This document shows positions 1-9,017 of a stretch of 64,000 bases of DNA, in pieces. The notes beneath the pieces are model-generated. The model did no database searches and was not told where the DNA came from. It worked only from the letters and a program-made list of their open reading frames with translations. The translations under genes were made by a program, and so were the position numbers. This DNA is from Myxococcota bacterium (GTDB lineage: Bacteria > Myxococcota_A > UBA9160 > UBA6930), in contig OZ245002.1 in assembly GCA_965223415.1 (NCBI GenBank), forward strand, positions 2,368,001-2,432,000, written 5' to 3'. Each line of letters begins with the position of its first letter. Within the stretch, counting starts at the first letter, position 1.

Positions 1-1
1 G

Positions 2-769
2 GTCGACGAGGCGGCGCCCTTCGTCCGCCGCATCACCCTCGACCGGCCCGAGAAGCGCAACGCCATCAGCAACGCACTGCGCGCCGAGCTGCTCACGGCC
101 CTGCAGGAGGCCGATCGCGACGACGCGGTGCGCGTGACGATCCTGCGCGGCGCGGGCAAGTGCTTCTCCAGCGGCTACGACCTGAAGAGCGATCTCGGCG
201 CGGACCAGCCCTACTTCACCGCCGATACCGGTCTCCAGTGGGCGAAGCACGTGGGCCAGGGTTGGATGTCGATCTGGGACCTGGCGAAGCCGGTGATCGC
301 GCAGATCCATGGCTATGCCATGGCCGGCGGGCTCGAGCTGGCCGGTGCGTGCGACCTCGCCTACGCGGCTGCGGATGCCCGGCTCTCCCACCCGGTGCTC
401 CAGTTCGCCGGCCTGCCGGACTTCGCCTACTTCCCGGTGATGCTCCAGCCCCGCCACGCCATGGAGCTGCACATCGCCGGGCGGGTCTACAGCGGGGAGG
501 AGGCCGAGCGTGTCGGCTTGGTGAACCAAGCGTTCCCCGCCGAGGAGCTGGAGGCGCAGGTGCTCGAGATCGCCGAGCGCATCGCGCAGACCCCGCCGGC
601 GGTGGTGGCCGTCAACAAGCGCTTCGTCCACGCCGCCCTCGAGGCCCAGGGGGCTCGCGGCGTCGTCCGGATCGGCGCCGACCTCCAGGCCGGCCCCCAC
701 CTCCAGGCCCTCGCGGCCGGTGGCGCCGAGCTCTCCGCCATGGTGAAAGACGCCCAGAAGAAGGGGTGA
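2..769 (+). CDS. Enoyl-CoA hydratase/isomerase family protein (5' partial)
   Basis: Open frame from base 2 (ITLDRPEKRNAIS), FSSGYDL and IAQIHGYAMAGGLEL crotonase motifs. Confidence 0.9.
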   Translation, partial: VDEAAPFVRRITLDRPEKRNAISNALRAELLTALQEADRDDAVRVTILRGAGKCFSSGYDLKSDLGADQPYFTADTGLQWAKHVGQGWMSIWDLAKPVIAQIHGYAMAGGLELAGACDLAYAAADARLSHPVLQFAGLPDFAYFPVMLQPRHAMELHIAGRVYSGEEAERVGLVNQAFPAEELEAQVLEIAERIAQTPPAVVAVNKRFVHAALEAQGARGVVRIGADLQAGPHLQALAAGGAELSAMVKDAQKKG

Positions 770-831
770 GCTTCCCGCTCCGGTCGTTATCCTCCCGCCG
801 CCTGGATCCTGGACCCGATCGGAGACCTTCC

Positions 832-1422
832 ATGCCCGCCCGCAAGACCGGCCTGCTCGTCCCTCACCTCGTCCTCGCCGCTGCCCTCGCCCTGGGCCTC
901 GGCTGCGACCTGCCCGGTGAGGGCTGGCCCGGCACCGAGGCCATCGACGCGGACGTCGTGCGCATCCAGGAGCTGGCCGCCGAGCGGGTGGCTGCCGGTG
1001 AGCCGGCGCCGAAGGGCCCCGCCGAGCTGGCCGTCGCGGCGCCCGCCGCTCCCGCGGAGGCGCCCGCCGAAGAGCCGGAACCGGAGCCCGAGGCGGAGGC
1101 CGAGCCGTTCGTGCCCGACGCCGCCCGCGGCGCCGAGGTCTACGCCCTCAACTGCGCGAGCTGTCACGGCGCCGAGGGGCGAGGCGACGGCCCGGCCGGC
1201 GCCGCGCTGGAGCCGCCGCCCACGAATCACGTCGACGGCGCCTACATGAACGGGCTCAGCAACGACCATCTCTACAAGGCCGTGTACGACGGCGGCGTCG
1301 CGGTCGGCAAGAGCGTGTCGATGGCGCCCTGGGGCGCCGTGCTCGGCGAGGAGAAGGTCTGGGACGTGGTGGCCTACATGCGCCAGCTCGCGGACCCGGC
1401 CTACGAGGGCAGCGTTCCCTAA
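832..1422 (+). CDS. c-type cytochrome lipoprotein
   Basis: Signal peptide ending LGLGC, Pro/Glu/Ala linker, CASCH haem motif, distal Met (SMAPW). Confidence 0.85.
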   Translation: MPARKTGLLVPHLVLAAALALGLGCDLPGEGWPGTEAIDADVVRIQELAAERVAAGEPAPKGPAELAVAAPAAPAEAPAEEPEPEPEAEAEPFVPDAARGAEVYALNCASCHGAEGRGDGPAGAALEPPPTNHVDGAYMNGLSNDHLYKAVYDGGVAVGKSVSMAPWGAVLGEEKVWDVVAYMRQLADPAYEGSVP

Positions 1423-4238
1423 GGGACGAAGCGCTCCCGGCTCGCGACCGTCTTCGGGTGGGCCATCTCCACCGCGTGGGCGTCGACGACGAGCCACTTC
1501 CCGAGCTGGGTCGCGTACTCGGGGCTCGCCGGGTCGCCGGACGGGCCGCCGGGCATGACGTTGGTTCCGCGCACGTTCCCCGGACCGGAGCGGATGCCGG
1601 CCGTGCCGACATAACGACGCACGGGCCCGCCGCCGAAGCGGAAGCCGTTCACGCTGTCGGCCCGGGCCGAGAAGCCGGAGGCGTTCACCACCTCGTAGCC
1701 TCCGTCCCGCGGGAGCCCGGGCAGGCCCGGGGCCAGGTCGCTGAAGCCCGCCGCCGGCGGCAGGGAGAATGCGCCGCCCAGCGGGTGGTCGAAGGTGATG
1801 CGGTGAAGCTTGCCCCAGCGGTAGTCGTCCTGGCTCGTCGATCCCGCGAAGGCCGGCGCGAAGGCGGGCGAGGCCAGCAGGTCGAGGGCGGAGCGCACGG
1901 CCTGGAGGAGCGCCAGGTCCCGCCGATCCGTCGGCGCCAGCTGCGGCGGATCCGGCAGCAGGTCGACGCCGGAGCCCTCGCCCAGGCCGGTGAAGGGCTC
2001 GGTGGAGAAGAGGTGGTGGACGAGCTTCAGGGCGTCGCCGGATCCGATGCCCGGCACGCCGAGCTGGGAGAGGCGTGCGTCGATCGTTCCGCGGATCAGC
2101 TGGCCCCGCCAGACGTTGTAGAGGGTGGCGGCGACGCTCGAGCGGGCTTCGGCGGCGCCCACCTGGGCGCGCAGGCCATAGCGGAACTGGGAGTCGAAGC
2201 CTTCCGGGATGCCGGTGGGCGTCCGGAGGTCCCAGCGCCGGATCCGGCGAACCGCTTCGGCCACCTCCGGGTCGGCGGCCAGGGCCTGGAGCTCGGGCAC
2301 CGAGGAGATCTCGGCGTTCTGCCACGCCCGGCGCAGGAGCGGTCGCATCAGCTCCGCATCGAGCTGCTGGGTGTTGCCCTGGAATCGGCGCATGTCGGTC
2401 TCGGAGATCTTGCGACCCCGCTGGATCTTGCGCTGGAGGAGGCGGGTGATGCGCCCGGCCCGCAGGCCCGTGCCGTAGCCGCCGTTCAGGTAGTAGATGG
2501 AGGCCGGGCTTCCGGGGCGCCCCTGGTTCAGGGCGTCGTTGTCGAGCACCGTGCCCGCCGGGTCGTTGTTGGCGTTGACGAAGAAGCCCGCCTCCGGGTC
2601 GAGGGCCTGGGGCATCTCGTTCGGCGGCAGGATCGCGAAGGGAATGGCCTGGCCCTGGGAGCGCGCCGGGTCGGGCACCCAGTTGGCGGGGCCGGAGCCG
2701 TCGCGCACGAAGAAGGGCGGGAGCCCGTGCACCGTGCCCTGCTCCAGGTCCTTGCGCAGGGGCAGCTCGGCGCTGGCGAAGTAGCCCAGGTGTCCGTCCT
2801 TGTCCGCGTAGGCCCAGTTCTGGGAGCCGACGTCGAAATCCGCCAGGCCGACGAGGAACTCGTTCAGGTCCTTCGCCCGGTTCCAGCTGAGGAAGGTCTG
2901 CACCTCGCGGGTAGCGTGGAAGCCCGTGTACTGGAGCACGAGCACGGTCGTCACGCCGCCGGCGAGGAGCACGTTCGCGTCCTCGATGTCGATGACCGGA
3001 CCGTGGCTCCGGAAGGGGACGGTGATGACCAGGGACGAGGCCGGGGGCAGCTGCTGCAGAGCGAGGTTGTCGGGCACCCCGTCGCCGATCTGGTTGGCGA
3101 GATAGGCCGCCAGATCGATGTTCACCGGATGGAAGGCCCCCTCGGTCTTGATGCAGACGGACGGGCACTGGGGCGTTCGCACGTGGAGCTCGTCCATAAA
3201 GGTGTCGGTCACGTCCATCGGGTTGGTCGTCGCGCCCCAGGTGATGTGCTCGTTCTGGCCGAGGATCACGCCGGGCGTGCCCGGGAAGCCCACACCGTTC
3301 ACGTTGAAGGGGCCGTTCGTCGGATCGTTCGTCCTGAGGTGCCACTCGTAGAACGTGGACGGCATGTCGAGGGAGAGATGGGGATCGTTGGCGATCATCG
3401 GGCGGCCCGTCTTGCTGTGCTGGGCCGCCACGCCCCACTCGTTGCTGCCCAGCGGTAGCTGGGTGCGCTCGAGGGCCCGCGCGAGCCAGGGAACCTGGCG
3501 CATGCGCTCTTCCGCCCGGCCCGCCGCGGCCGCCGCTCGCGCGAGGAGCACCGCGTCCGGCTTCACGGTCTTGCGAGCCACGAAGGGGAAGGTGCCGGTG
3601 GCGTCCGGGACGGTGCTCGCCGGATCCATGGGCGCGGCGCACACCACGTCGGCGTAGAGGGCGGCGCCGTCGTAGCCGCCGGCGCTCCCGGCGGCGACGT
3701 AGGCCTCGTAGTCGAAGGTGCGTCCCACGTCGATGTCGAGGGAGAGGCTCGCCGCGATCGCCTTGCCGATGGCGAGGGTGTCCACCGGCGCCCAGGGCCG
3801 GGCCTGGGTCAGCTCCAGCTGAGCGTACTCGGGCGGCAGCGGGTTGGCGGCGAGCCACGCGTTCACGCCGTCGGCGTAGGCCTGGAGCAGCGCCACCTCC
3901 GAGGGGCCCAACGCGTCGAGGCTGCGCTGGGCGGCGCGATGCAGACCGAAGACCCGCGACTGCACGTCGCTGCCGATCCGTCCCGCGCCCTCCAGCTCGG
4001 CGAGGGTTCCGTCCACCTGGCGCCGGGTGCGGTCCATCTGGAAGAAGCGATCGTCGGCGTGGATCCAGCCCTGGAGGCGGGCCAGGTCCAGGTCGTCCTG
4101 GGCCCAGAGGTGGCGGACGCCGTGCTCATCGGTCGTCACCTCGGCCACACCGGCCAGGCCGGGGAGCGTCGTGTCGGCTCGGACGGCGCCGACCGGGACC
4201 AGGAGGAGGACGAGAGCGAGGAGGGCAAACCGCGGCAT
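1419..4238 (-). CDS. Penicillin acylase (Ntn-hydrolase, S45) family protein
   Basis: Signal peptide MPRFALLALV; DRFFQMD, G-SNEW nucleophile Ser, ANDPHL, WGKLH motifs. Confidence 0.92.
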   Translation of the reverse strand: MPRFALLALVLLLVPVGAVRADTTLPGLAGVAEVTTDEHGVRHLWAQDDLDLARLQGWIHADDRFFQMDRTRRQVDGTLAELEGAGRIGSDVQSRVFGLHRAAQRSLDALGPSEVALLQAYADGVNAWLAANPLPPEYAQLELTQARPWAPVDTLAIGKAIAASLSLDIDVGRTFDYEAYVAAGSAGGYDGAALYADVVCAAPMDPASTVPDATGTFPFVARKTVKPDAVLLARAAAAAGRAEERMRQVPWLARALERTQLPLGSNEWGVAAQHSKTGRPMIANDPHLSLDMPSTFYEWHLRTNDPTNGPFNVNGVGFPGTPGVILGQNEHITWGATTNPMDVTDTFMDELHVRTPQCPSVCIKTEGAFHPVNIDLAAYLANQIGDGVPDNLALQQLPPASSLVITVPFRSHGPVIDIEDANVLLAGGVTTVLVLQYTGFHATREVQTFLSWNRAKDLNEFLVGLADFDVGSQNWAYADKDGHLGYFASAELPLRKDLEQGTVHGLPPFFVRDGSGPANWVPDPARSQGQAIPFAILPPNEMPQALDPEAGFFVNANNDPAGTVLDNDALNQGRPGSPASIYYLNGGYGTGLRAGRITRLLQRKIQRGRKISETDMRRFQGNTQQLDAELMRPLLRRAWQNAEISSVPELQALAADPEVAEAVRRIRRWDLRTPTGIPEGFDSQFRYGLRAQVGAAEARSSVAATLYNVWRGQLIRGTIDARLSQLGVPGIGSGDALKLVHHLFSTEPFTGLGEGSGVDLLPDPPQLAPTDRRDLALLQAVRSALDLLASPAFAPAFAGSTSQDDYRWGKLHRITFDHPLGGAFSLPPAAGFSDLAPGLPGLPRDGGYEVVNASGFSARADSVNGFRFGGGPVRRYVGTAGIRSGPGNVRGTNVMPGGPSGDPASPEYATQLGKWLVVDAHAVEMAHPKTVASRERFVP

Positions 4239-4288
4239 GAAGGCACCTCGTTGGGGGCTGGTGCCCCCAATGCTGCGCCAACCTCGGC

Positions 4289-5032
4289 TCAGCTGCCAGA
4301 CGGCGCGAGGCGGTGCAGGAACACCGGCCCGCCCAAGCGCCGCGCCGCCGCGCGGATGCTCCCGGCGCGCTTCCGCACGTAGGGGCTGGGCGAGGATGCG
4401 GAGAGCCGCTTCGGGCTGGGGAGCACCGCCGCCAGCAGGGCGGCCTGGCGCCGGTCGAGGGCCCGAGCCGACACGCCGAAGTGTCGCCGGGCCGCCGCCT
4501 CGACGCCGAACACGCCGGGACCGAACTCGACCACGTTCAGGTAGACCTCGAGGATGCGCCGCTTTGGCCAGGCCGCTTCCAGGCAGACGGTGAGGCCGGC
4601 CTCGAGCCCCTTGCGCAGCCAGCTCCGCTCGGGCCAGAGGTAGAGGTTCTTCGCCAGCTGCTGGCTCACGGTGCTGGCGCCCCGCAACCTGCCCGAGTCG
4701 TCCTGGATCGCGTCGCCGATCGCCTCCCAGTCGAAGCCGCCATGCTCGGGAAAGCGCTGGTCCTCGCCGGCCAGCACCGCCACGGCCATGTGGGGCGAGA
4801 TGCGCTGCCAAGGCACCCAGCGCTGGTCGACGCGGCCGCCGGGTGCGTCGGCGCGGGCCTGGAGCATGAAGGCGGTGGTGGGCGGGGGGATCCAGCGCCA
4901 GGGAACGACGAGCAGGAAGAGGCCGAGCGCCGCGGCGGCCGCCGCGCGGAGGCCGAGCCCGAGCAGACGGCGCGGCCAGCGCCTGCCCCTCGTTCGTCTC
5001 CTTCGCCGTTGCCCGCGGGCTCGTCTCGCCAC
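4289..5032 (-). CDS. mtgA: Monofunctional biosynthetic peptidoglycan transglycosylase
   Basis: EDQRF, GASTVSQQLAKNL, RKGLE, KRRILEVYLN motifs; start codon uncertain. Confidence 0.9.
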   Translation of the reverse strand: MARRARGQRRRRRTRGRRWPRRLLGLGLRAAAAAALGLFLLVVPWRWIPPPTTAFMLQARADAPGGRVDQRWVPWQRISPHMAVAVLAGEDQRFPEHGGFDWEAIGDAIQDDSGRLRGASTVSQQLAKNLYLWPERSWLRKGLEAGLTVCLEAAWPKRRILEVYLNVVEFGPGVFGVEAAARRHFGVSARALDRRQAALLAAVLPSPKRLSASSPSPYVRKRAGSIRAAARRLGGPVFLHRLAPSGS

Positions 5033-5054
5033 CGTCGGGGTGTAGCATGAGCCC

Positions 5055-5171
5055 ATGACCACTCCCGAGAGCGTCTCCGGCTCCTGCCTGTGCGGCGCCG
5101 TCCGGTTCACGGTGCGCATGCCCACGACCTTCTGCGGCCACTGCCACTGCACCATGTGCCGCCGCCTATGA
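5055..5171 (+). pseudogene. Truncated GFA/CENP-V family protein
   Basis: MTTPESVSGSCLCGAVRF...CHCTMCRRL* is the GFA N-terminus; it stops after 38 aa at the edge of the palindromic element. Confidence 0.8.
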
Positions 5172-5247
5172 AGAAACGGGGCCAGAGTTAAGAATTCAGT
5201 TGCCCAAAGGCAACTGAATTCTTAACTCTGGCCCCGTTTCTTAACTC
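5171..5247. repeat. Perfect 34-bp inverted repeat (REPIN/MITE-like)
   Basis: 5171-5204 AAGAAACGGGGCCAGAGTTAAGAATTCAGTTGCC, 4-nt loop, exact reverse complement 5209-5242; TTCTTAACTC repeated at 5219 and 5238. Confidence 0.9.
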
Positions 5248-6398
5248 ATGCCGAGGATGGCGATGCCGCAGGTCTGGGGGGCGCCGCCGATGTTGTGGCT
5301 GAGGGCGAGGGTGGCGTTCTCGACCTGGCGGCCGGTGGCGCGGCCCTGGAGCTGGAGGACGTTCTCGTAGATCATGCGCACACCGGTGGCGCCGGTGGGG
5401 TGGCCGAAGGTCTTGAGGCCGCCGTCGGTGTTGACCGGGAGCTCGCCGCCCAGCTCGAAGGTGCCGCTTGCGACGTGGTCCTTGGCTTCGCCCTTCTTGC
5501 ACAGGCCCAAGTCCTCGTAGCTGAGCAGCTCGGTCAGGGTGAAGCAATCGTGGAGCTGCACCACGTCGAGCTCGCGGAAGGGCTCGCGGATGCCGGCCTG
5601 CTCGTAGGCGTCCTTGGCGGCGTAGAGGGTGGGCTTCCAGGCGAGGAAGTCGAAATCCGGGTCGCGCTGGGGATGCTCGGCGGTGGCGACGGTCACCGCC
5701 TTCACCAGCGGCGCGTCGTCCCGGAAGCTCTTTGCCAGGTCCGTCCGGGTGATGATCGCCGCCGCGGCACCGTCGCTCTGGGCGGCGCAATCGTAGAGGC
5801 CGAACGGCCAGCTGATGATGCGCGCCTTCAGCACGTCGTCCACGGTGATCTCGCGCTTCAGCATCGACTTCGGCGCCAGCGTGCCGTTGTGGTGGTTCTT
5901 CACGGCGATCTTCGCCAGGTCCTCGCGGCCGGTGTCGTAGGTTTCGAAGTAGCGCGCCGCGCACAGGGAGAACCAGCCGGCGGGGGTGGCGGGGAGCCCG
6001 CGCACCTTGTCGAAGTTCACGCTCGGGCCGGAGACGCCCCGGTCCTTGGGCTTGTCGAAGCCCACCACCAGCACCGTGTCGTAGAGGCCCGCCGCCACCG
6101 AGAACACGCCGCAGCGGAAGGCGTCGGTGCCGGTCTGGCAGTAGTCCATCAGCATGGTGATGGGCTTGCCGAAGAGCTTCAGCGCCTCGGCCACCTCGCC
6201 GCTGCCTTCGCGGGGATAGACGGCGCCGGCGAAGACGGCCTCGATCTGCCGGTCCGGGTCCTCGATGCCCGCGTCCTCGTAGGCCTCGTAGACCGCGTCG
6301 ACGATCATGTCCTCGCGGCTGCTGGTCCAGTTCTCGCCGAACTGGCAGCAGCCGACGCCCACCACGGAGACCTTGTCGCGAATGGCTTCGGGGTTCAA
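5241..6398 (-). CDS. Thiolase family (acetyl-CoA acetyltransferase, SCP2/PhlC-like)
   Basis: DYCQTG active Cys, HDCF, NTDGGLKTFGHPTGATG, HNIGG. Confidence 0.92.
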   Translation of the reverse strand: MNPEAIRDKVSVVGVGCCQFGENWTSSREDMIVDAVYEAYEDAGIEDPDRQIEAVFAGAVYPREGSGEVAEALKLFGKPITMLMDYCQTGTDAFRCGVFSVAAGLYDTVLVVGFDKPKDRGVSGPSVNFDKVRGLPATPAGWFSLCAARYFETYDTGREDLAKIAVKNHHNGTLAPKSMLKREITVDDVLKARIISWPFGLYDCAAQSDGAAAAIITRTDLAKSFRDDAPLVKAVTVATAEHPQRDPDFDFLAWKPTLYAAKDAYEQAGIREPFRELDVVQLHDCFTLTELLSYEDLGLCKKGEAKDHVASGTFELGGELPVNTDGGLKTFGHPTGATGVRMIYENVLQLQGRATGRQVENATLALSHNIGGAPQTCGIAILGMS

Positions 6399-7825
6399 TG
6401 GGCTCTCTCCTCTGACGCAGCGAGGATCGGGCTCGCCTTCCAGAAATAGTTGGCCTTGCCGCCGGCGTCGTGGATCTTGCGGAACACATACTCCACCGGC
6501 AGGTCGAGGCGCACCTGGTCAGGCTGGGTGTTCGCCATCTGCACCTGCACCCGGCAGCCCTCCACCTCCGTCATCACCATGATGGTGGGCGGCTCGGCGG
6601 CGGGGAAGAAATGGTCGAAGGTGAAGGCGAGCACGCGCCCGACCTTGTCCGAGAGCCGGTAGGGCTCCCACTGGTCCTTGGCCTTGCACCCGTAGCAGAC
6701 GCGGGGCTGGGGCAGGTGGAGCTGGCCGCAGCTCGTGCAGCGGCCGGCAAGGAAGCCGATGTCGGCATCGCGCTCCCGGTAGCGCACGGTCGCCGAGAGC
6801 CCGAGATCGGCGCCGCCGTCCCACTCCTTCGGATCGAGCTTGCGCGAGCGCAGGTAGGCGTCGTAGCTCCCGAGGGCGCGACGCCGCGCCAGGTGCCCGC
6901 GCATCCCCCGCCGCGGCGGCAGCTTTCCGAGGTGCTCGGTGGCTTCGAAGGCCAGGGCGTGGGCACCGTCGCCGTAGCTCGCGCACAGGAGCTTCTCACC
7001 GGGTCGGGCGCCCTCGAGCGCGGCCACGAGCAGCATCGGCGCGTAGGCCGTGCCCGTGTTGCCGAGCTTGCCGATCAGCGGATCCTGGAGCGCGTCCTTC
7101 CCGATGCCGGCGCCCTTGGCGACGCCGCCGAGGGTTCGCGCGTCGTGGGCGTAGATCGCAGCCGAAGCGAAGTCGGCGCCGCTGGTTCCGGTCTTGGCGT
7201 AGAGACCGTTCAGCGCCTCGGCGAGGTTCGGGACGACTCCCTCGGTCGTGACGAAGCGATCCTCCCAGCTGTGGGTGAACGCCTCGCCGTCCACGCGCCA
7301 CGTGTCCTGGAACTCGTCGGCCACGGCGGAGCTGGCGGTGAAGGTCGCGACCACCTCTTCGTCACCGATCAGGAAGGCCGCTGCGCCGTCGCCCAGCTTC
7401 GCCTCGAGGGCGCCTCTCGGCGCGCCCATCCGGCAGTCACTCGCCACCACCAGGGCGAGCTTCGCGGCGCCCGCCTGGACGGCATGGATCGCCGCCTCCA
7501 GCGCCGCCGTGCCGGCGCGAAGCGAGCCCGCGTGGTCCGAGGTGAGCACGTCGCGCCTCAGGTCGAGGGCCTTCGCGACCACGGCGGCACCCTGCTTCTC
7601 GCGCAGCTCGTAGGAGGTGGAAGCGAAGTACACCGCGTCCACGCCGCTGCGTTCGAAGCCAGCCAGACAATCGATGGCTGCGGCGACGGCCATCGTCACC
7701 GCATCCTCGTCGTAGTAGGCCACGGCCTTCTCGGGCCCGCCTTGCTTGGCGGGGCGGCCCTGGGCGAGGGCGAAGGGAAGGCGCGTCATCGGCACGTAGG
7801 CGCCGTAGGATCGGATGCCGGTCAT
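6395..7825 (-). CDS. HMG-CoA synthase-like domain fused to Zn-ribbon/OB-fold (DUF35)
   Basis: [28 protein letters not shown]-terminal CxxC...CxxC and OB fold ending YFWKA. Confidence 0.88.
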   Translation of the reverse strand: MTGIRSYGAYVPMTRLPFALAQGRPAKQGGPEKAVAYYDEDAVTMAVAAAIDCLAGFERSGVDAVYFASTSYELREKQGAAVVAKALDLRRDVLTSDHAGSLRAGTAALEAAIHAVQAGAAKLALVVASDCRMGAPRGALEAKLGDGAAAFLIGDEEVVATFTASSAVADEFQDTWRVDGEAFTHSWEDRFVTTEGVVPNLAEALNGLYAKTGTSGADFASAAIYAHDARTLGGVAKGAGIGKDALQDPLIGKLGNTGTAYAPMLLVAALEGARPGEKLLCASYGDGAHALAFEATEHLGKLPPRRGMRGHLARRRALGSYDAYLRSRKLDPKEWDGGADLGLSATVRYRERDADIGFLAGRCTSCGQLHLPQPRVCYGCKAKDQWEPYRLSDKVGRVLAFTFDHFFPAAEPPTIMVMTEVEGCRVQVQMANTQPDQVRLDLPVEYVFRKIHDAGGKANYFWKASPILAASEERAH

Positions 7826-7883
7826 GCTGCAAGACCCCGGATTGGCAGGGGAAATCCCAGGATAGGGGAGATGGGTGCCGCAG

Positions 7884-7901
7884 ATTGTATACAATATACG
7901 A
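7884..7901. promoter_or_regulatory. GntR/FadR-type operator
   Basis: Palindrome ATTGTATACAAT in a divergent intergenic region, upstream of an operon containing a GntR gene. Confidence 0.7.
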
Positions 7902-7903
7902 CC

Positions 7904-8299
7904 ATGTCCGCCCGCGACGAGATGCTGCTCCGCAAGGCCCGCGAGAAGGCGGTAGAGCTCGGCGTCGACCGCATCCGCCACCACATCCTCCTGTGCTGCG
8001 ACCAGACCAAGCCCAAGTGCTCCGGCAAGGAGGAGAGCCTCGCCTCCTGGGAGTACCTGAAGGGTCGCCTGAAGGAGCTCGACCTGGTCGGCGAGGGCGG
8101 CATCTACCGCACGAAGGCGAACTGCCTTCAGGTCTGCGTGAAGGGCCCGGTCGCGGTCGTGTATCCCGAGGGCACCTGGTACCACGGCTGCACGCCGGAG
8201 GTGCTCGAGCGGATCATCCAGGAGCACCTGATCGCCGGGCGCCCCGTCGAGGAGCACGTGCTGCTCACGCACCCGCTCGAGGCCGCCGATGGCCACTGA
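7904..8299 (+). CDS. Thioredoxin-like (2Fe-2S) ferredoxin
   Basis: [35 protein letters not shown]. Confidence 0.9.
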   Translation: MSARDEMLLRKAREKAVELGVDRIRHHILLCCDQTKPKCSGKEESLASWEYLKGRLKELDLVGEGGIYRTKANCLQVCVKGPVAVVYPEGTWYHGCTPEVLERIIQEHLIAGRPVEEHVLLTHPLEAADGH

Positions 8300-8960
8300 G
8301 CCCGCCCCGCGGCTCGTACGCCAGAACGCCAGCCAGGCGGTGATCGAGCACGTCCGCCGTCTCGTGTTCGATGGTGCGCTGCGGCAGGGCGACAAGGTGC
8401 CGCAGCAGGAGATCGCCGACGCACTGGGGGTGAGCCGCATCCCGGTGCGCGAAGCACTGGTCGCCCTCGAGCGGGACGGGGTCGTCACCATCGAGCCCCA
8501 CCGCGGCGCCTTCGTGAACGCCTTCGACCCGGCGGCGATCGAGGACCACTACGCCCTCTACGGCCTGGTCTACGGCTTCGCCACCCGCCGGACCGCGGAG
8601 CGCGCCGACGCGGCGACGATCCGGGAGCTCTCGGGCCTGGCCGACGAGATCGGCGGGGCGGACGATCCCGAGGCGCTCTTCGAACGGGTCGGGCGCTTCC
8701 ACGCGATCATCCACCAGGTGGGCGGCTCTCCGCGGCTGCGGGCGCTGGTGCGCTCGCTCTCCGCCATCGTGCCCGGGAACTTCTTCGCCGTGATCCCCGG
8801 CGCGAGCGACGTCGCCCGCCAGGGCTTCCGGGAGATCGCCCGGGCCCTGCGCGCCGGTGACGCCGACGAGGCGGAGGCCCGCTGCCGGGCGATGCACCGG
8901 GCCCACGGCGCGAGCGTCACCCGCTTCCTGCAGGAGCGCGGGCTCTTCCGCGGCTCCTGA
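8289..8960 (+). CDS. GntR family regulator (FCD domain)
   Basis: [16 protein letters not shown] winged HTH. Confidence 0.92.
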   Translation: MATEPAPRLVRQNASQAVIEHVRRLVFDGALRQGDKVPQQEIADALGVSRIPVREALVALERDGVVTIEPHRGAFVNAFDPAAIEDHYALYGLVYGFATRRTAERADAATIRELSGLADEIGGADDPEALFERVGRFHAIIHQVGGSPRLRALVRSLSAIVPGNFFAVIPGASDVARQGFREIARALRAGDADEAEARCRAMHRAHGASVTRFLQERGLFRGS

Positions 8961-9017
8961 GCACCACGCCCGCCGGATGTGGCACTCTGCCAGCCCGGAC
9001 CACGATGGGAGCGCCCC

